A stretch of 64,000 nucleotides of DNA, taken from IMG/VR virus record IMGVR_UViG_3300047462_000030; one strand, 5' to 3'. Positions within the stretch are counted from its first letter, which is position 1. Each line of letters begins with the position of its first letter. Position numbers and translations under genes: made by a program. Below the pieces are notes generated by a model. It made no database searches. It saw only the letters and a program-made list of their open reading frames with translations, and was not told where the DNA came from. Positions 1-11,151 of the stretch are shown in pieces. This stretch comes from an uncultured virus (IMG/VR IMGVR_UViG_3300047462_000030) (Duplodnaviria > Heunggongvirae > Uroviricota > Caudoviricetes).

Positions 1-105
1 GGTGTGGCTGTTAATGATCAAGGCGCAATTTTGGTAAGCGGTTTGTCAGCCGTAGCTACCAACGATGTACTTATTGTTAAGTATGTTGTTCAAGAACATT
101 TATAA
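1..105 (+). CDS. 3' end of an upstream structural gene (partial)
   Basis: Open frame from base 1 (GVAVNDQGAILVSGLSAVATNDVLIVKYVVQEHL) ending TAA at 103-105, just upstream of the capsid gene. Confidence 0.6.
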   Translation, partial: GVAVNDQGAILVSGLSAVATNDVLIVKYVVQEHL

Positions 106-130
106 TATTTAAAGAAAAGGATAGAATAAA

Positions 131-1420
131 ATGGCAACCGCAAATACGTTCGGGACCCCCAACAACACGGCTGGTACCCTTAACGGTTTTTTCAAAGAGT
201 CTTATGCAGATAAACTTGCTGAGCTGATTCCTGATGGAGTCAAAATCATGCAAAAGGTTAAATTCCTTGCAAAAGATAAACAACCTGGTAACTTGTACCA
301 TCAACCCGTTATTTTGGGTCTGGAACATGGTATCACCTTCGCAGCTAGTGATGAAGATGCTTTCAATTTGAACGCTCCTATCGCTGGTCAAATCAGGGAT
401 GCTCAAGTACGTGGTAACCCCGTCGTACTCCGATCAGTTCTTGGTTATGCTGCTGCTTCCCGAGCTGCTCTCGGCGGAGAAAAAGCATTTATGGACGCTA
501 CGAAGTTCCTAGTTTCCAATATGCTCCGATCAATGGCTAAAAAGCTCGAAATCGAAATGCTTTATGGTCAAGTTGGTTATGCAATTATCGCTGGTCTTCC
601 AGGTGGAACCGTTTCCAACGGAACTATCACCCGCGCTCTAGCTGTCAACGAGTATGCTATTCAGACATCTGAATGGGCTCCTGGTATCTGGGCCGGTGCA
701 GAAGGAATGCCAGTTGAAGTCCGAAGTGCTGCTGATACGATCTCTCGTGGTAACACGACTGTTCAATCAGTTGACTTTGACTTCCAAACTGTTTCTCTTT
801 TGAACCCCCTCCCTGGAATCGTTGCAACTGACGTTTTCTGGCATGGTGGCGCTCATGGTAATGAATTTCCTGGAATCCACAAGATTCTTACGATTCAAAC
901 CGGAACTCTCTTTAACATTGACGTGGGGACATATAACCTCTTCCGCGCTAATATCTATGACGCACAACTTGGCGCTCTCAGCTTTACAAAGTTGAATCAA
1001 GCTACAAGCCGCGCTGTTGAAAAAGGTCTCGACGGTTCAGTTCTTGCATTAGTTAATCCTCGTGCATGGGCTAATATGTTGAATGACCAAGCTGCTCTCC
1101 GACGATACGATTCTTCGTACCGCTCTGAAGAAGCTGAAACTGGTTCGCGTTCAATCAGATTCCACTCTCAAAATGGTGAAATCGAAATTGAACCTTCAAT
1201 CTACGTTAAACAAGGTTATTGCTATATTCTTTCAATGGAAGAATGGCATCGCGTAGGTTCGACTGACATGACGTTCAAACGTCCTGGTCAAGGCGAAGAA
1301 TTCTTCAGAGATCTTGAGAACTCTGCTGGATACGAACTACGTCTCTATAGTGACCAAGCGATCTTCTCGTTCGCTCCAGGTCGCAACGTAATCGTTGTAA
1401 ACATCGTTAACTCTCAATAA
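131..1420 (+). CDS. Probable major capsid protein
   Basis: 429 aa; N-terminal 'LNGFFKESYA' and C-terminal 'YELRLYSDQAIFSFAPGRNVIV' resemble HK97-fold capsid proteins; codon use richer in TTC/AAC/ATC than neighbouring genes, suggesting high expression; followed by a terminator and tail genes. Confidence 0.72.
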   Translation: MATANTFGTPNNTAGTLNGFFKESYADKLAELIPDGVKIMQKVKFLAKDKQPGNLYHQPVILGLEHGITFAASDEDAFNLNAPIAGQIRDAQVRGNPVVLRSVLGYAAASRAALGGEKAFMDATKFLVSNMLRSMAKKLEIEMLYGQVGYAIIAGLPGGTVSNGTITRALAVNEYAIQTSEWAPGIWAGAEGMPVEVRSAADTISRGNTTVQSVDFDFQTVSLLNPLPGIVATDVFWHGGAHGNEFPGIHKILTIQTGTLFNIDVGTYNLFRANIYDAQLGALSFTKLNQATSRAVEKGLDGSVLALVNPRAWANMLNDQAALRRYDSSYRSEEAETGSRSIRFHSQNGEIEIEPSIYVKQGYCYILSMEEWHRVGSTDMTFKRPGQGEEFFRDLENSAGYELRLYSDQAIFSFAPGRNVIVVNIVNSQ

Positions 1421-1447
1421 GTTAACCCTCCTTCCTAATAAGATACG

Positions 1448-1478
1448 GGCCCTAGGTTCTCTAGGGCCTTTATTTTTG
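1448..1478 (+). terminator. Rho-independent terminator after the capsid gene
   Basis: GGCCCTAG-GTTCT-CTAGGGCC 8-bp stem followed by TTTATTTTT. Confidence 0.85.
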
Positions 1479-1523
1479 TGTAAAATATAATAATTACATA
1501 TACTTACAATATAGTATAGATTG

Positions 1524-1542
1524 AATTAACAACTATACATGT
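1524..1542 (+). promoter_or_regulatory. Putative phage late promoter, copy 1 (AATTAACAACTATACATGT)
   Basis: Motif repeated at 12416 and 21982, each time at a gene boundary; here immediately after the capsid terminator. Confidence 0.65.
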
Positions 1543-1562
1543 GAGTAAGCCAAGGAGTTTTA

Positions 1563-2054
1563 ATGTCCATCCCTCTTAATATTCAAGGGACAATAATCAA
1601 TTTCCCTACCTCAGCCCAGAGTCCTGACTGGTCTGAACCCATTGTACAGTTTGCTCAAGCCGTAGCTCAAGCCCTTTCAACTGCAACTGGCCCCTATGAC
1701 GTTTCCCCTCAAATCTATACAATGATTTCTAATGTTAATACAAACGTACCGCTTCCTAGCTTAGCATTCCCTACGAGTGCTGTTAGAGGTGCTATTATAC
1801 AATACACAGTATATCGTAATACAACCGGTATTGGAGCCACTTCTGGTGCTCAAATAGGTGAATTACAAATAGTTTATAATCCCAATGGCCCAACTGGTAA
1901 TAAATGGGAAATATCTAACGAACACACAGGTATTGCCAATGTAAGCTTTTCTGTTACTGACCAAGGTCAAGTGACGTTTAGCTCTACATTTATCGCTGGC
2001 GCCAATTATACGGGCTTTATAGGCTATACTGCTAAAGCTTTACAGCAAGGTTAA
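1563..2054 (+). CDS. Virion structural protein (hypothetical)
   Basis: 163 aa beta-rich ORF with AAGGAG RBS, in the structural operon. Confidence 0.6.
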   Translation: MSIPLNIQGTIINFPTSAQSPDWSEPIVQFAQAVAQALSTATGPYDVSPQIYTMISNVNTNVPLPSLAFPTSAVRGAIIQYTVYRNTTGIGATSGAQIGELQIVYNPNGPTGNKWEISNEHTGIANVSFSVTDQGQVTFSSTFIAGANYTGFIGYTAKALQQG

Positions 2055-2057
2055 TAG

Positions 2058-4082
2058 ATGCTTAATATTCGACGTTTTGAAACAGGATTACAGATCGTAC
2101 CAAATGCCGTTGGTAATACTGCTCCCACCATTGAAGGCGAAATGGCAGTATGGAACACAGCAGATGGTGGTGATGGTAATATCTGGTATAATAATGGTAC
2201 TACAGTATATCCTATTACAGCAGCTATTGACGGTTTAACCGGTGATGTAAGTGCAACTGGTCCTGGTATTGTACATGCCACAGTTAATTTTGTTGGCGGT
2301 GTGAGTGCAGCAGCCATTGCAGCTTCCGTTGGTGCTACTGGTTCTGGAACTAGCCTAGATACCCCAAATACGCTCGTTTTAAGAGATAATACAGGTAGTT
2401 TTGCTGCTACAAACATCAATTTAACTGGTAGTTTAACCGGTGCAGTCATTGGTAATGCGTCTACAGCAACTCTTGCAGGTAATGTAACTGGTCTTGTATC
2501 TCCATTTAATGGTGGTACAGGCATTTCTAATGCCAATTCATCTACAATTACTTTAGCTAATCCATTTCCAATCACTTTAACATATCCAGCAGCTACAAAT
2601 GTAACACTTCCTGTAACTGGAACTTTAGCAACTTTAGCTGGTGTAGAAACATTTTCTAATAAAACATTCTCAACTGCTCAAACCTGGAATGAAGTTACAA
2701 CTCCAGGAACAAATCCTCCTGCTGGTTCAGTTGATATATATGCTAAATCAGACAATAATATTTATGTATTGAACAGTGCAGGTCTAGAATCACCTATTAA
2801 TGGTGGAGCTTCTCCTGTTGGCTCAATAACAATGTTTAGTGGTACTGTAGTAAATAGCTACACAGGAACATTTAGCACAAGTTCTGTAACAATTACTGCA
2901 AATTCCGCTAATAGTGGTACAATTACTTTAACTGGTGATGGTACAAGCTCTTTAAATACACTTATTTCTAATTTTAATACAGCAAATCCTTATAATACAA
3001 TTACTTTAACATCTGGTGATGGTACACAAGTTCCTACTTCAGGAGCTATGGCTACTTTAACTGGTTCTAAACTTCCTCCAGGATGGTTAGTTTGTGATGG
3101 TAGTGCTCAAAGTAAAATTACATATGCAGCTTTATATTCTGTAATTTCAGCCAATTATGGTGTTGGTCTTCCCGCTACTCAATCAGTAGCAACTTTAATG
3201 ACCACTCCTGACGTATCAACTGCAGCTTTTGCAAATATTGGTACAAATACTATAACTGCTGATAATCTTGGATTAATTGGTAATTCAATTGTTCTTACAT
3301 TTGATGGAACAAGTACAATTGACGCAGTAATTGGTGTTTGGAATACTGCTAATCCTTCAAATCAAGTAACTCAAGTCGGTAATGGATCTAATGTATATCC
3401 AGCTCAAAGTTTACAATTATCAAATGGTGCTTCTACTGTTGACGGTAAGTATTTTAAAATTTACGATGATACTGGGTTAGTAGTTCCTTGGGTTAAAATT
3501 GCAAGTACTACAACTCAACCTACCGTAGCAGGTGCAACAAGATATATTCAAATTAACGGAATCGTAGTTAATGCTACTTCAACACAAGTAGCTACAGCAA
3601 TTGCTGCTTCTCTTTCTGCAGATTCACAATTTACTCCAACGACTTCAACTGGTAATACAGTTACAATAATTAATACAAGTTATATTTCACATCCTGCTGG
3701 TAATGATGGTAATTCTCCATTTGCATATGCTCAAACAAATACTGGTGGATTTTCTACATTTAACCTTCCAGACTTTCGTGGTATGTTTCCACGAGGTACT
3801 GACCCAACTGGTATAAATGATCCAGATTACACATATCGTACATCTGCAAATAGTGGTAATACTGGTGGTAAAGTGGGTTCTATTCAAGCGGATGGTATGT
3901 CAGATCACACACATAGTATTACATTTAGAGCTGGTGCAGGAGCAACAACTCCAGAAGCTCCAGGCGGCGGTGGTACATATAATTATAATTCCAATGGAAT
4001 GAGTTCTGTTTCTGGTATTACAAATATAACCACTGAATCTAGACCTAAAAACGTATACGTTAACTTTATTATAAAATTCTAA
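2058..4082 (+). CDS. Tail fibre protein with interrupted tail-collar domain
   Basis: Collar motifs [10 protein letters not shown] / [18 protein letters not shown] / [14 protein letters not shown] and C-terminal [18 protein letters not shown]-rich fibre repeats. Confidence 0.8.
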   Translation: MLNIRRFETGLQIVPNAVGNTAPTIEGEMAVWNTADGGDGNIWYNNGTTVYPITAAIDGLTGDVSATGPGIVHATVNFVGGVSAAAIAASVGATGSGTSLDTPNTLVLRDNTGSFAATNINLTGSLTGAVIGNASTATLAGNVTGLVSPFNGGTGISNANSSTITLANPFPITLTYPAATNVTLPVTGTLATLAGVETFSNKTFSTAQTWNEVTTPGTNPPAGSVDIYAKSDNNIYVLNSAGLESPINGGASPVGSITMFSGTVVNSYTGTFSTSSVTITANSANSGTITLTGDGTSSLNTLISNFNTANPYNTITLTSGDGTQVPTSGAMATLTGSKLPPGWLVCDGSAQSKITYAALYSVISANYGVGLPATQSVATLMTTPDVSTAAFANIGTNTITADNLGLIGNSIVLTFDGTSTIDAVIGVWNTANPSNQVTQVGNGSNVYPAQSLQLSNGASTVDGKYFKIYDDTGLVVPWVKIASTTTQPTVAGATRYIQINGIVVNATSTQVATAIAASLSADSQFTPTTSTGNTVTIINTSYISHPAGNDGNSPFAYAQTNTGGFSTFNLPDFRGMFPRGTDPTGINDPDYTYRTSANSGNTGGKVGSIQADGMSDHTHSITFRAGAGATTPEAPGGGGTYNYNSNGMSSVSGITNITTESRPKNVYVNFIIKF

Positions 4083-4089
4083 GGAATAT

Positions 4090-4269
4090 ATGCCGCTTTC
4101 AAAAGGTAAATCACAAAAAGTTATAAGTCACAATATAAAAGAAATGGTGGATGCTGGTCATCCCCAAAAACAAGCTGTTGCTGCTGCTTATTCAAATGCT
4201 GGTAAGTATCAGAAAAGACGTGATAGATTTAAAAGAATAAAAAAGTTATGTTCTGGAGGAATGTCCTAA
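4090..4269 (+). CDS. Small basic phage protein (59 aa; not in ORF track)
   Basis: [39 protein letters not shown]...; AAGGA RBS; stop abuts the next ATG; resembles a widespread phage 'PQKQAVAIA' small-protein family. Confidence 0.75.
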   Translation: MPLSKGKSQKVISHNIKEMVDAGHPQKQAVAAAYSNAGKYQKRRDRFKRIKKLCSGGMS

Positions 4270-4479
4270 ATGTCATTTAAAAGTCCAAAGCAAAGAGGAT
4301 TTTACTTTGCTAAAAAGAAAAATGCTCCCATAAATCCTTCTGGAGTTACAAAGAATGCAACAGTAGCCCCTGCGGCTCCTCCTGTAAATGCTGGAGCAGT
4401 TCCTGCATTCAAAGTTCCAGGTCTACCTAAAACAAATAAATTTGGTAGAATTAAAAAGAATTTTAAAACCACTTACTAA
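4270..4479 (+). CDS. Small basic protein
   Basis: 69 aa, starts MSFKSPKQR; tightly packed in the operon. Confidence 0.6.
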   Translation: MSFKSPKQRGFYFAKKKNAPINPSGVTKNATVAPAAPPVNAGAVPAFKVPGLPKTNKFGRIKKNFKTTY

Positions 4480-4488
4480 GAGGTTAAT

Positions 4489-4773
4489 ATGGCTGATACT
4501 ACAAAAAAGTTTTCATATAGAGATGCTGATCAAACATTACAAGCTAGTTTTAATGATGTTGACAGCACTTTAACTGTAAACGGTTACTTAGTAAGTAAAG
4601 TAGGAAGACGTATTGATCTTTCTCTTAGTACTACAAATGTTGCCGATGATACAGAAACGTATGTTTTTTCAGAAACTCAACCAGATAATAGTTTGAGTGA
4701 ATTATATACGCTCCAAATCGTATATACAGATGGAACTAGACAAACACTTTTATATTGCATCAGAATAGCGTAA
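4489..4773 (+). CDS. Hypothetical structural protein
   Basis: 94 aa, GAGG RBS. Confidence 0.6.
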   Translation: MADTTKKFSYRDADQTLQASFNDVDSTLTVNGYLVSKVGRRIDLSLSTTNVADDTETYVFSETQPDNSLSELYTLQIVYTDGTRQTLLYCIRIA

Positions 4774-4782
4774 GGAATAACC

Positions 4783-7700
4783 GTGGGCTTAAAATTTAAT
4801 CCATTACAGTTTGTAGGTTTTGATCTCACAGGTAATGGCGGTGGAGGTTCTGGGACTGTATACACTATATCCCTGTCTCCAATGTCTATCGGGACGATTA
4901 CAAATCCTACAACTGATCCAATTATAACAATAAATAATTCATCTACTACTCAAGATGGTTATCTATCTGCGGCAAATTTTACAATATTTAACAATAAACA
5001 AAATGCATTAACTCCTGGTAGTATTTCAACTACTACTTCAGGTCTTAATATTGTTAATGGTGCAAATTCTACAGTTGGTCCTAATGTTACTTTAAACATT
5101 TTAACAGCTTCTGCAACGCAAAATGGATTACTTTCTTCTACAGATTGGTCTACATTTAATAGCAAACAAGGATCTGGTAACTATTTAACCGCTTTAACCG
5201 GTGATGTTAGTGCTACAGGTCCTGGAAGTGCTACAGCTACAGTAAATTCAGTAGGGGGAGTAACTGCGGCAAATATTGCATCTGGGGCTAATACCGCAAA
5301 TGCTGGTACTTCTGCAAATACTCCTTCTACTTTAGTACTTAGAGATTCATCTGGCAATTTTTCTGCTGGAGTTATTACAGCAACTTTAATTGGGGGTTCT
5401 TCTTTAGATCTTCCTTTAACCGGTGGTACCATGTCTGGTGTCATCGCAATGGGTTCAAATAAGATAACAGGTCTTGCAAATGGTTCAAACCCTCAAGATG
5501 CTGTAGCTTTTGGACAATTAGCCAATTATGTACCTACTTCTGAAGTTGGTGCAGCTAATGGTGTTGCTTCTTTAGATCCTTCAGGTAAAGTTCCTTCTTC
5601 TCAATTACCTTCTACTCTATTAGAATATCAAGGTGATTGGAATCCTAATACAAATACTCCTACATTATCAGATGGTACTGGAACAAATGGATATACATAT
5701 AGAGTAAGTGCTGCTGATGCTGGAACAGTTCCTGGTTTAACTGATCCTTCAATGACTAACTTTCAAGTTGGTAATCTTGTAATTTATTCAGCTTCTGCTG
5801 GTAAATGGCAACAAAACGCTTCTGCTGATGGTGTTGTATCAGTAAACGGTGCTCAAGGTGCTGTAACTGTTAATGCTATTAATCAATTAACTGGTGATAT
5901 TGCCGCTGGTCCTGCTAGTGGATCTCAATCAGTAACATCAACAATTCAATCTATTCAAGGAAAAACAGTTGGCGGTACTACTGGTACTGGTAACGTTGTA
6001 TTCTCTTCTAGTCCTACATTAACTGGCACTTTAACCGGTGCAATGGCCAATTTCTCTGGCAATATATCTGCTTTAAACTTTAGCGGTTCTTCAAGTGGTT
6101 CAAACACTGGAGATCAGACAATCACTTTAACTGGTGATGTAACTGGTTCTGGAACTGGAAGTTTTGCAACAAGTATATCTCCTGCTTCTGTAACATTAGC
6201 TAAAATGGCTAATTTACCAGCAAATACAATAATTGGAAACAATACAGCAAGTTCTGCTACTCCAATTGCTTTAACTCAAGCTCAAGTAACTGCTTTTTTA
6301 AATCAATTTACAACTTCATTACAAGGTGTTGTGCCTCCTTCAGGTGGTGGAACTACTAACTATTTACGAGCAGATGGTACGTGGGCAGCTCCAAGTGGTG
6401 CTACATCCGGTACAGTTACAAGTGTAGCTTTTGAAGATAGTACTGGATTATTCACAATAACTGGAAGTCCTGTAACTTCTTCTGGTACATTAACACTTTC
6501 TTCTCTTAATAGTCAAGCAGCTAATACATTTTTTGCTGCACCTAATGGTTCTGCTGGAAGTCCTACATTTAGAGCAATTGTTTCTTCTGATGTTCCTACA
6601 TTAAATCAAAATACAACTGGTAATGCTGCTACCGCTACATTTGCAACAAGTGCAGGGTCTGCTACAACTGCAACGTCTGTAACTGGTACAAATGTAATAA
6701 CAAATTCTAATTTAGCCCAAATTCCTGCACATACTTACTTAGGTAACAATACAGGATCTACTGCAAATGTTATTGATGTTACAAATACACAATTAACTGC
6801 AGATCTTAATCAATTTACTTCATCTTTACAAGGGGTTGTACCTGGATCAGGCGGAGGAACTGCAAATTTCCTACGAGCTGATGGAACATGGGCTACACCT
6901 ACTGGAACTGTTGGCGCTAATACTTCTTTAAGTAATTTAACAACAACTTCAATCAATCAAAATTTATTACCACTTGTAGATGATACTTTTAACTTAGGTT
7001 CTACTTCAGATGCATGGCAGATTTTATATGCATATAACTTAACTGGGCCATCTACAAACACTACAATTAATTTACAAAGTTCTATTATACAAGATTCTAG
7101 TCTTGCTGTTTCTGTTGACTGGGGTAATAGACAATTAGATGATACTTCAAGTACACCACAATTAACGTGGTCAACAACTGGTATAGCAATTAATAAAGCA
7201 TTGGCTTTGAATGGTTCAACTTCTGGTGCTTTTACACAACAAGCATCAGCAACAACCACTCCTTATACCGTTATTTGGCCATCAGCTCAATCTAGTGGAG
7301 TTAAAGTACTTCAAAATGACGGTGCTGGTAACTTAAGCTGGGCAACTCCTGCAAGTTCTGGTGCTAATACAGCTTTAAGCAACTTAGCTAGCGTTGCAAT
7401 TAATACTTCTTTACTTCCTGCTAGTGCTGGAAGTGCAAGTGTTGGTAGCGTATCACTTCCATTTAATCAAATGGTTAGTCAAAGCTTTTTTGTACCAAAT
7501 ATTGCAGATACTGCATTTATTGGCGCATTAAGTAATGATGGATCTGATAATCTTAATTTACAATCTTTAAATAGTTTCTTATTATACACACAAAATAATT
7601 CAACTGCAAATTCCACTTCTACTGGTGGAATAGAAATTGTAACTGGTAATAAATTAGCCGGTACTGGTAACTCTGGTAATTTACTATTAAGAACTGGAGT

Positions 7701-10700
7701 TTCAACTGGTGGAACTCGTGGTTTAATACAATTACAAAATGGTTCTGAAGGTACTGCAGGTTATGTATGGACATCTACTGATACAAGTGGTTCAGGTTCA
7801 TGGCAAGCCCCTGGTGGTACTTCTAGTGTAACATCCTTAACTGGTGATGTAACTGGAACTGGTCCTGGTGCAACAGCAACAACTGTAGCTTTTGTTGGCG
7901 GCCAAACGGCTGCGGCAGTAGCTTCCGCTACTACAAAAGTAGCAGCAGCAACAAATCTAGATACTCCTTCTACCTTAGTACTTAGAGATTCATCTGGTAA
8001 TTTTTCTGCTAGTACAATTACAGCTAGTTTAGTGGGTAATGTAACTGGTGATGCTTCTCAAGATCTTCCTTTAAATGGATCTAGAGCAATGACTGGTGGA
8101 TTACAACTTGCTCAATTGGCAAGTGCTCCTTCTAGTCCTGTAAACGGTGAAACATATTACGATACGACTTTAGGTTATGCTAGAGTATATGAAGGTGGAG
8201 CTTGGATAAGCTTACTTTATAATAATAATACAACTCCTGTTGCTATTGTTGGTCAAATCATTCAAGTCGGTTTTGGAGCAGTTCCTCCTGGCTGTTTAGA
8301 ATGTAATGGTTCTGCCGTATCAAGAACTACATATAATCAATTATTTGCGGCAATTGGAACAAGTTATGGTATTGGAGATGGTTCTACTACCTTCAATTTA
8401 CCTGATTTTAGAGGTCTCTTTATCAGGGGCTGGAACCATGGATCTACTAATGATCCAGATGCAGCTACTCGTACAGAAGCTACCGCTCTTACAACTTTTA
8501 GTTTTACTGGTAATACAGATGGAATAACTGGAAATATTACTGGTATAAGTTCTTCTGATTTTGCTAATTTAGCTGTTGGTATGTCAATAAGTGCTGATAC
8601 TGGTTCTGCAATTGTTGCAGGTTCAGTAATTACCGCTTTATCTGGTGGAAATACAGCAACATTAAATAATCCTACAGTTTTAGCAGTTACTGGTGATGTT
8701 TTCACAACTACTGCTGGCGCTACTGGCGATTATATTGGTTCATACCAAGCAGATCAAAACCAAAGTCACACACACGGTTCTAATAAGAGTCAATCCGGTC
8801 CTAATGGTACTTTTTCTAATCCTGCATATTTAGGATCTAGTATAACTGGTAACTTTTACGGGGCTCTTGATATATACAATGAAGGGGGTAACCAAGCTAA
8901 CCCTCGTAACACTAACGCAATGTTTGTTATTGTATATGATAGTCAACTTGCTCTTCCTGTATCAACAGGTATTAGTGGAATAACTGGTGATGTAACAAGT
9001 CCTGCTACTGCCGGAGTTGCTACAACTACTGTTGTTCATGTTGGCGGACAATCTGCCGCAGCGGTTGCAAGTGCCGCAGTTGCTGTTAGTACTGCAACAA
9101 GTTCAAATACTCCTTCAACTCTTGTTGAACGTGATTCTTCTGGTAACTTTAGTGCAGGTACAATTACTGCAAGCTTAACAGGTCATGCTTCTTTAGATCT
9201 TACAATAGCAGCAAGCTCAAGTACTACATCTGGTAGCGCTGGATCTACTGTAATTGGTGATAATAACTCATATTATAACTTTACTCCTACTTCAGCTACA
9301 GTTAAAGGTGCTTTATCTGGTATAGATGCTGCATTATCCGGTGTTACTGGTTCTGCTATAACATCTTTAACTGGAAATGTTGTTGCAACTGGTCCTGGCG
9401 CAGCATTTGCAACAATTCAACCTAATGTTGTTACAAATAGCATGTTATCTAACATGGCTAATGATACAATTAAAGGTAATATTTCAGGAAGTACTGGAAG
9501 TCCACAAGACTTAACAGTCGCTCAAGTAAATTCAATTTTACCAGTATTTACATCTAGTTTAAATGGTTTAACTCCTGCTTCTGGTGGTGGGACTACAAAA
9601 TTCTTAAGAGCCGATGGCACTTGGACTACTCCTACGGGATCTGTCACAAGTGTTGCTCTCGCAGATAGCACTGGACTATTTAATATAACTGGTAGCCCGG
9701 TAACAGGCGCTGGTACATTAACTCTAGCTTCTTTACAATCTCAAACTGCTAATACATTCTTTGCTGCTCCAAATGGTTTAGCAGGTGCTCCTACATTTAG
9801 AGCCATATTACCCGCAGATGTACCTACACTAAATCAAAATACAACAGGTACAGCTTCTAATGTAAGCGGTATAGTGGCTGTCACAAATGGTGGAACTGGT
9901 GATAGTACTTTAACCGCTAACGCCGTATTAATTGGTAATGGAACTTCTCCTGTAACTTCTGTTTCTCCAGGATCTGTAGGTAATGTTCTTGTAAGTAATG
10001 GAACTTCTTGGACAAGTAATTCATTATCGTCAAGCAGTGCTTTTTCTGGATATACATCTAATCCAATTACTACATTAGGTAGTGTAACCACTAATACTTA
10101 TCAAACTTTTTCAAATAGTCCAGCATTTACAATAACTCCCACTATATCTGGAGTTTATAAAGTATATTGTAATGTTGTTGGTCAATGTGATACTCCTGGA
10201 CAAATAGCTTATTATAGAATATACAATACATCAGCAAATGCCACTTTACTAACTCAAAGTGGAAATTGGGTTGGTACTACTAGCACTAATATATATGCTA
10301 ATATTTCATTACAAAATACATATCAATTAACTGCTGGAACTACCTATGTATTTGATTTACAAGCATATGCCAGTACTGCAGCAAATGCATATTTACGTGG
10401 AGATCAACAAGAATTCTACATGTATGCAGAAGGTATTGGATTAATTGCACCTGCTGGTGCTGGTACTCCAGTATCATTTTCTACTTATTTAAATACAGCA
10501 GTTACAGCTCCAGCAAATGGTCCAGTTATATATGATACTGTTCTATTTGATACAAATTCTGGTTATAATACAAGCACTGGTTTATATACAATTCCTTACA
10601 CTGGTGATTGGCAATTTAATTTTTCAGGATCTTCTAATGGTACCAATATTAACACCTATCTTCAAATTAATGGTACAAATAACTATTTAATTGGTGAAAC

Positions 10701-11142
10701 TGGATCAAAATCTTCATCAGGATCTATTATAATACCATTAATAGCTGGTAATACAGTAGCTATTGTTCCAGATACAACAGAAGTTTTTTACGGTGCTTCT
10801 GGAACTACCATAGTAAACATGTTTTCTGGTGTTAAACTTAATTTAAGTGCTAGTTCTTCTGGAATAACTAGATCAGTAAATTCTATTAGTACTGCAACTA
10901 CTGCTGGATCTGCTTCAAGTACAGATTATGTATACTTGGTAAGTGGAACAACAACTTTAACATTACCAACTGCTGTAGGTAACACCAATTTATACACAAT
11001 TAAGAATGTTGGAACAAATACAATATCAATTGCTACAACATCTTCACAGACTATTGATGGTAGCTCATCACCCATAACTTTAAGTGTGGCTAATACATCA
11101 ATTGATTTAATTTCAAACGGTTCTAACTGGAATATCGTATAA
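4783..11142 (+). CDS. Long tail fibre/adhesin (2119 aa) with tail-collar and C1q-like domains
   Basis: Repeats LTGDV(S/T)xTGPG, STLVxRDSSGNFSA and SGGGTxx(Y/F)LRADGTW; intact collar motif [45 protein letters not shown]1q-like segment YDTVLFDTNSGYNTSTGLYTIPYTGDWQF; GTG start with AAGGA RBS. Confidence 0.85.
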   Translation: MGLKFNPLQFVGFDLTGNGGGGSGTVYTISLSPMSIGTITNPTTDPIITINNSSTTQDGYLSAANFTIFNNKQNALTPGSISTTTSGLNIVNGANSTVGPNVTLNILTASATQNGLLSSTDWSTFNSKQGSGNYLTALTGDVSATGPGSATATVNSVGGVTAANIASGANTANAGTSANTPSTLVLRDSSGNFSAGVITATLIGGSSLDLPLTGGTMSGVIAMGSNKITGLANGSNPQDAVAFGQLANYVPTSEVGAANGVASLDPSGKVPSSQLPSTLLEYQGDWNPNTNTPTLSDGTGTNGYTYRVSAADAGTVPGLTDPSMTNFQVGNLVIYSASAGKWQQNASADGVVSVNGAQGAVTVNAINQLTGDIAAGPASGSQSVTSTIQSIQGKTVGGTTGTGNVVFSSSPTLTGTLTGAMANFSGNISALNFSGSSSGSNTGDQTITLTGDVTGSGTGSFATSISPASVTLAKMANLPANTIIGNNTASSATPIALTQAQVTAFLNQFTTSLQGVVPPSGGGTTNYLRADGTWAAPSGATSGTVTSVAFEDSTGLFTITGSPVTSSGTLTLSSLNSQAANTFFAAPNGSAGSPTFRAIVSSDVPTLNQNTTGNAATATFATSAGSATTATSVTGTNVITNSNLAQIPAHTYLGNNTGSTANVIDVTNTQLTADLNQFTSSLQGVVPGSGGGTANFLRADGTWATPTGTVGANTSLSNLTTTSINQNLLPLVDDTFNLGSTSDAWQILYAYNLTGPSTNTTINLQSSIIQDSSLAVSVDWGNRQLDDTSSTPQLTWSTTGIAINKALALNGSTSGAFTQQASATTTPYTVIWPSAQSSGVKVLQNDGAGNLSWATPASSGANTALSNLASVAINTSLLPASAGSASVGSVSLPFNQMVSQSFFVPNIADTAFIGALSNDGSDNLNLQSLNSFLLYTQNNSTANSTSTGGIEIVTGNKLAGTGNSGNLLLRTGVSTGGTRGLIQLQNGSEGTAGYVWTSTDTSGSGSWQAPGGTSSVTSLTGDVTGTGPGATATTVAFVGGQTAAAVASATTKVAAATNLDTPSTLVLRDSSGNFSASTITASLVGNVTGDASQDLPLNGSRAMTGGLQLAQLASAPSSPVNGETYYDTTLGYARVYEGGAWISLLYNNNTTPVAIVGQIIQVGFGAVPPGCLECNGSAVSRTTYNQLFAAIGTSYGIGDGSTTFNLPDFRGLFIRGWNHGSTNDPDAATRTEATALTTFSFTGNTDGITGNITGISSSDFANLAVGMSISADTGSAIVAGSVITALSGGNTATLNNPTVLAVTGDVFTTTAGATGDYIGSYQADQNQSHTHGSNKSQSGPNGTFSNPAYLGSSITGNFYGALDIYNEGGNQANPRNTNAMFVIVYDSQLALPVSTGISGITGDVTSPATAGVATTTVVHVGGQSAAAVASAAVAVSTATSSNTPSTLVERDSSGNFSAGTITASLTGHASLDLTIAASSSTTSGSAGSTVIGDNNSYYNFTPTSATVKGALSGIDAALSGVTGSAITSLTGNVVATGPGAAFATIQPNVVTNSMLSNMANDTIKGNISGSTGSPQDLTVAQVNSILPVFTSSLNGLTPASGGGTTKFLRADGTWTTPTGSVTSVALADSTGLFNITGSPVTGAGTLTLASLQSQTANTFFAAPNGLAGAPTFRAILPADVPTLNQNTTGTASNVSGIVAVTNGGTGDSTLTANAVLIGNGTSPVTSVSPGSVGNVLVSNGTSWTSNSLSSSSAFSGYTSNPITTLGSVTTNTYQTFSNSPAFTITPTISGVYKVYCNVVGQCDTPGQIAYYRIYNTSANATLLTQSGNWVGTTSTNIYANISLQNTYQLTAGTTYVFDLQAYASTAANAYLRGDQQEFYMYAEGIGLIAPAGAGTPVSFSTYLNTAVTAPANGPVIYDTVLFDTNSGYNTSTGLYTIPYTGDWQFNFSGSSNGTNINTYLQINGTNNYLIGETGSKSSSGSIIIPLIAGNTVAIVPDTTEVFYGASGTTIVNMFSGVKLNLSASSSGITRSVNSISTATTAGSASSTDYVYLVSGTTTLTLPTAVGNTNLYTIKNVGTNTISIATTSSQTIDGSSSPITLSVANTSIDLISNGSNWNIV

Positions 11143-11151
11143 GGAGCTTAA

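Noticed and set aside
4783..11142. Diversity-generating retroelement acting on the fibre repeats
   Set aside because: No reverse transcriptase in the window; repeat copies differ at all bases, not only adenines
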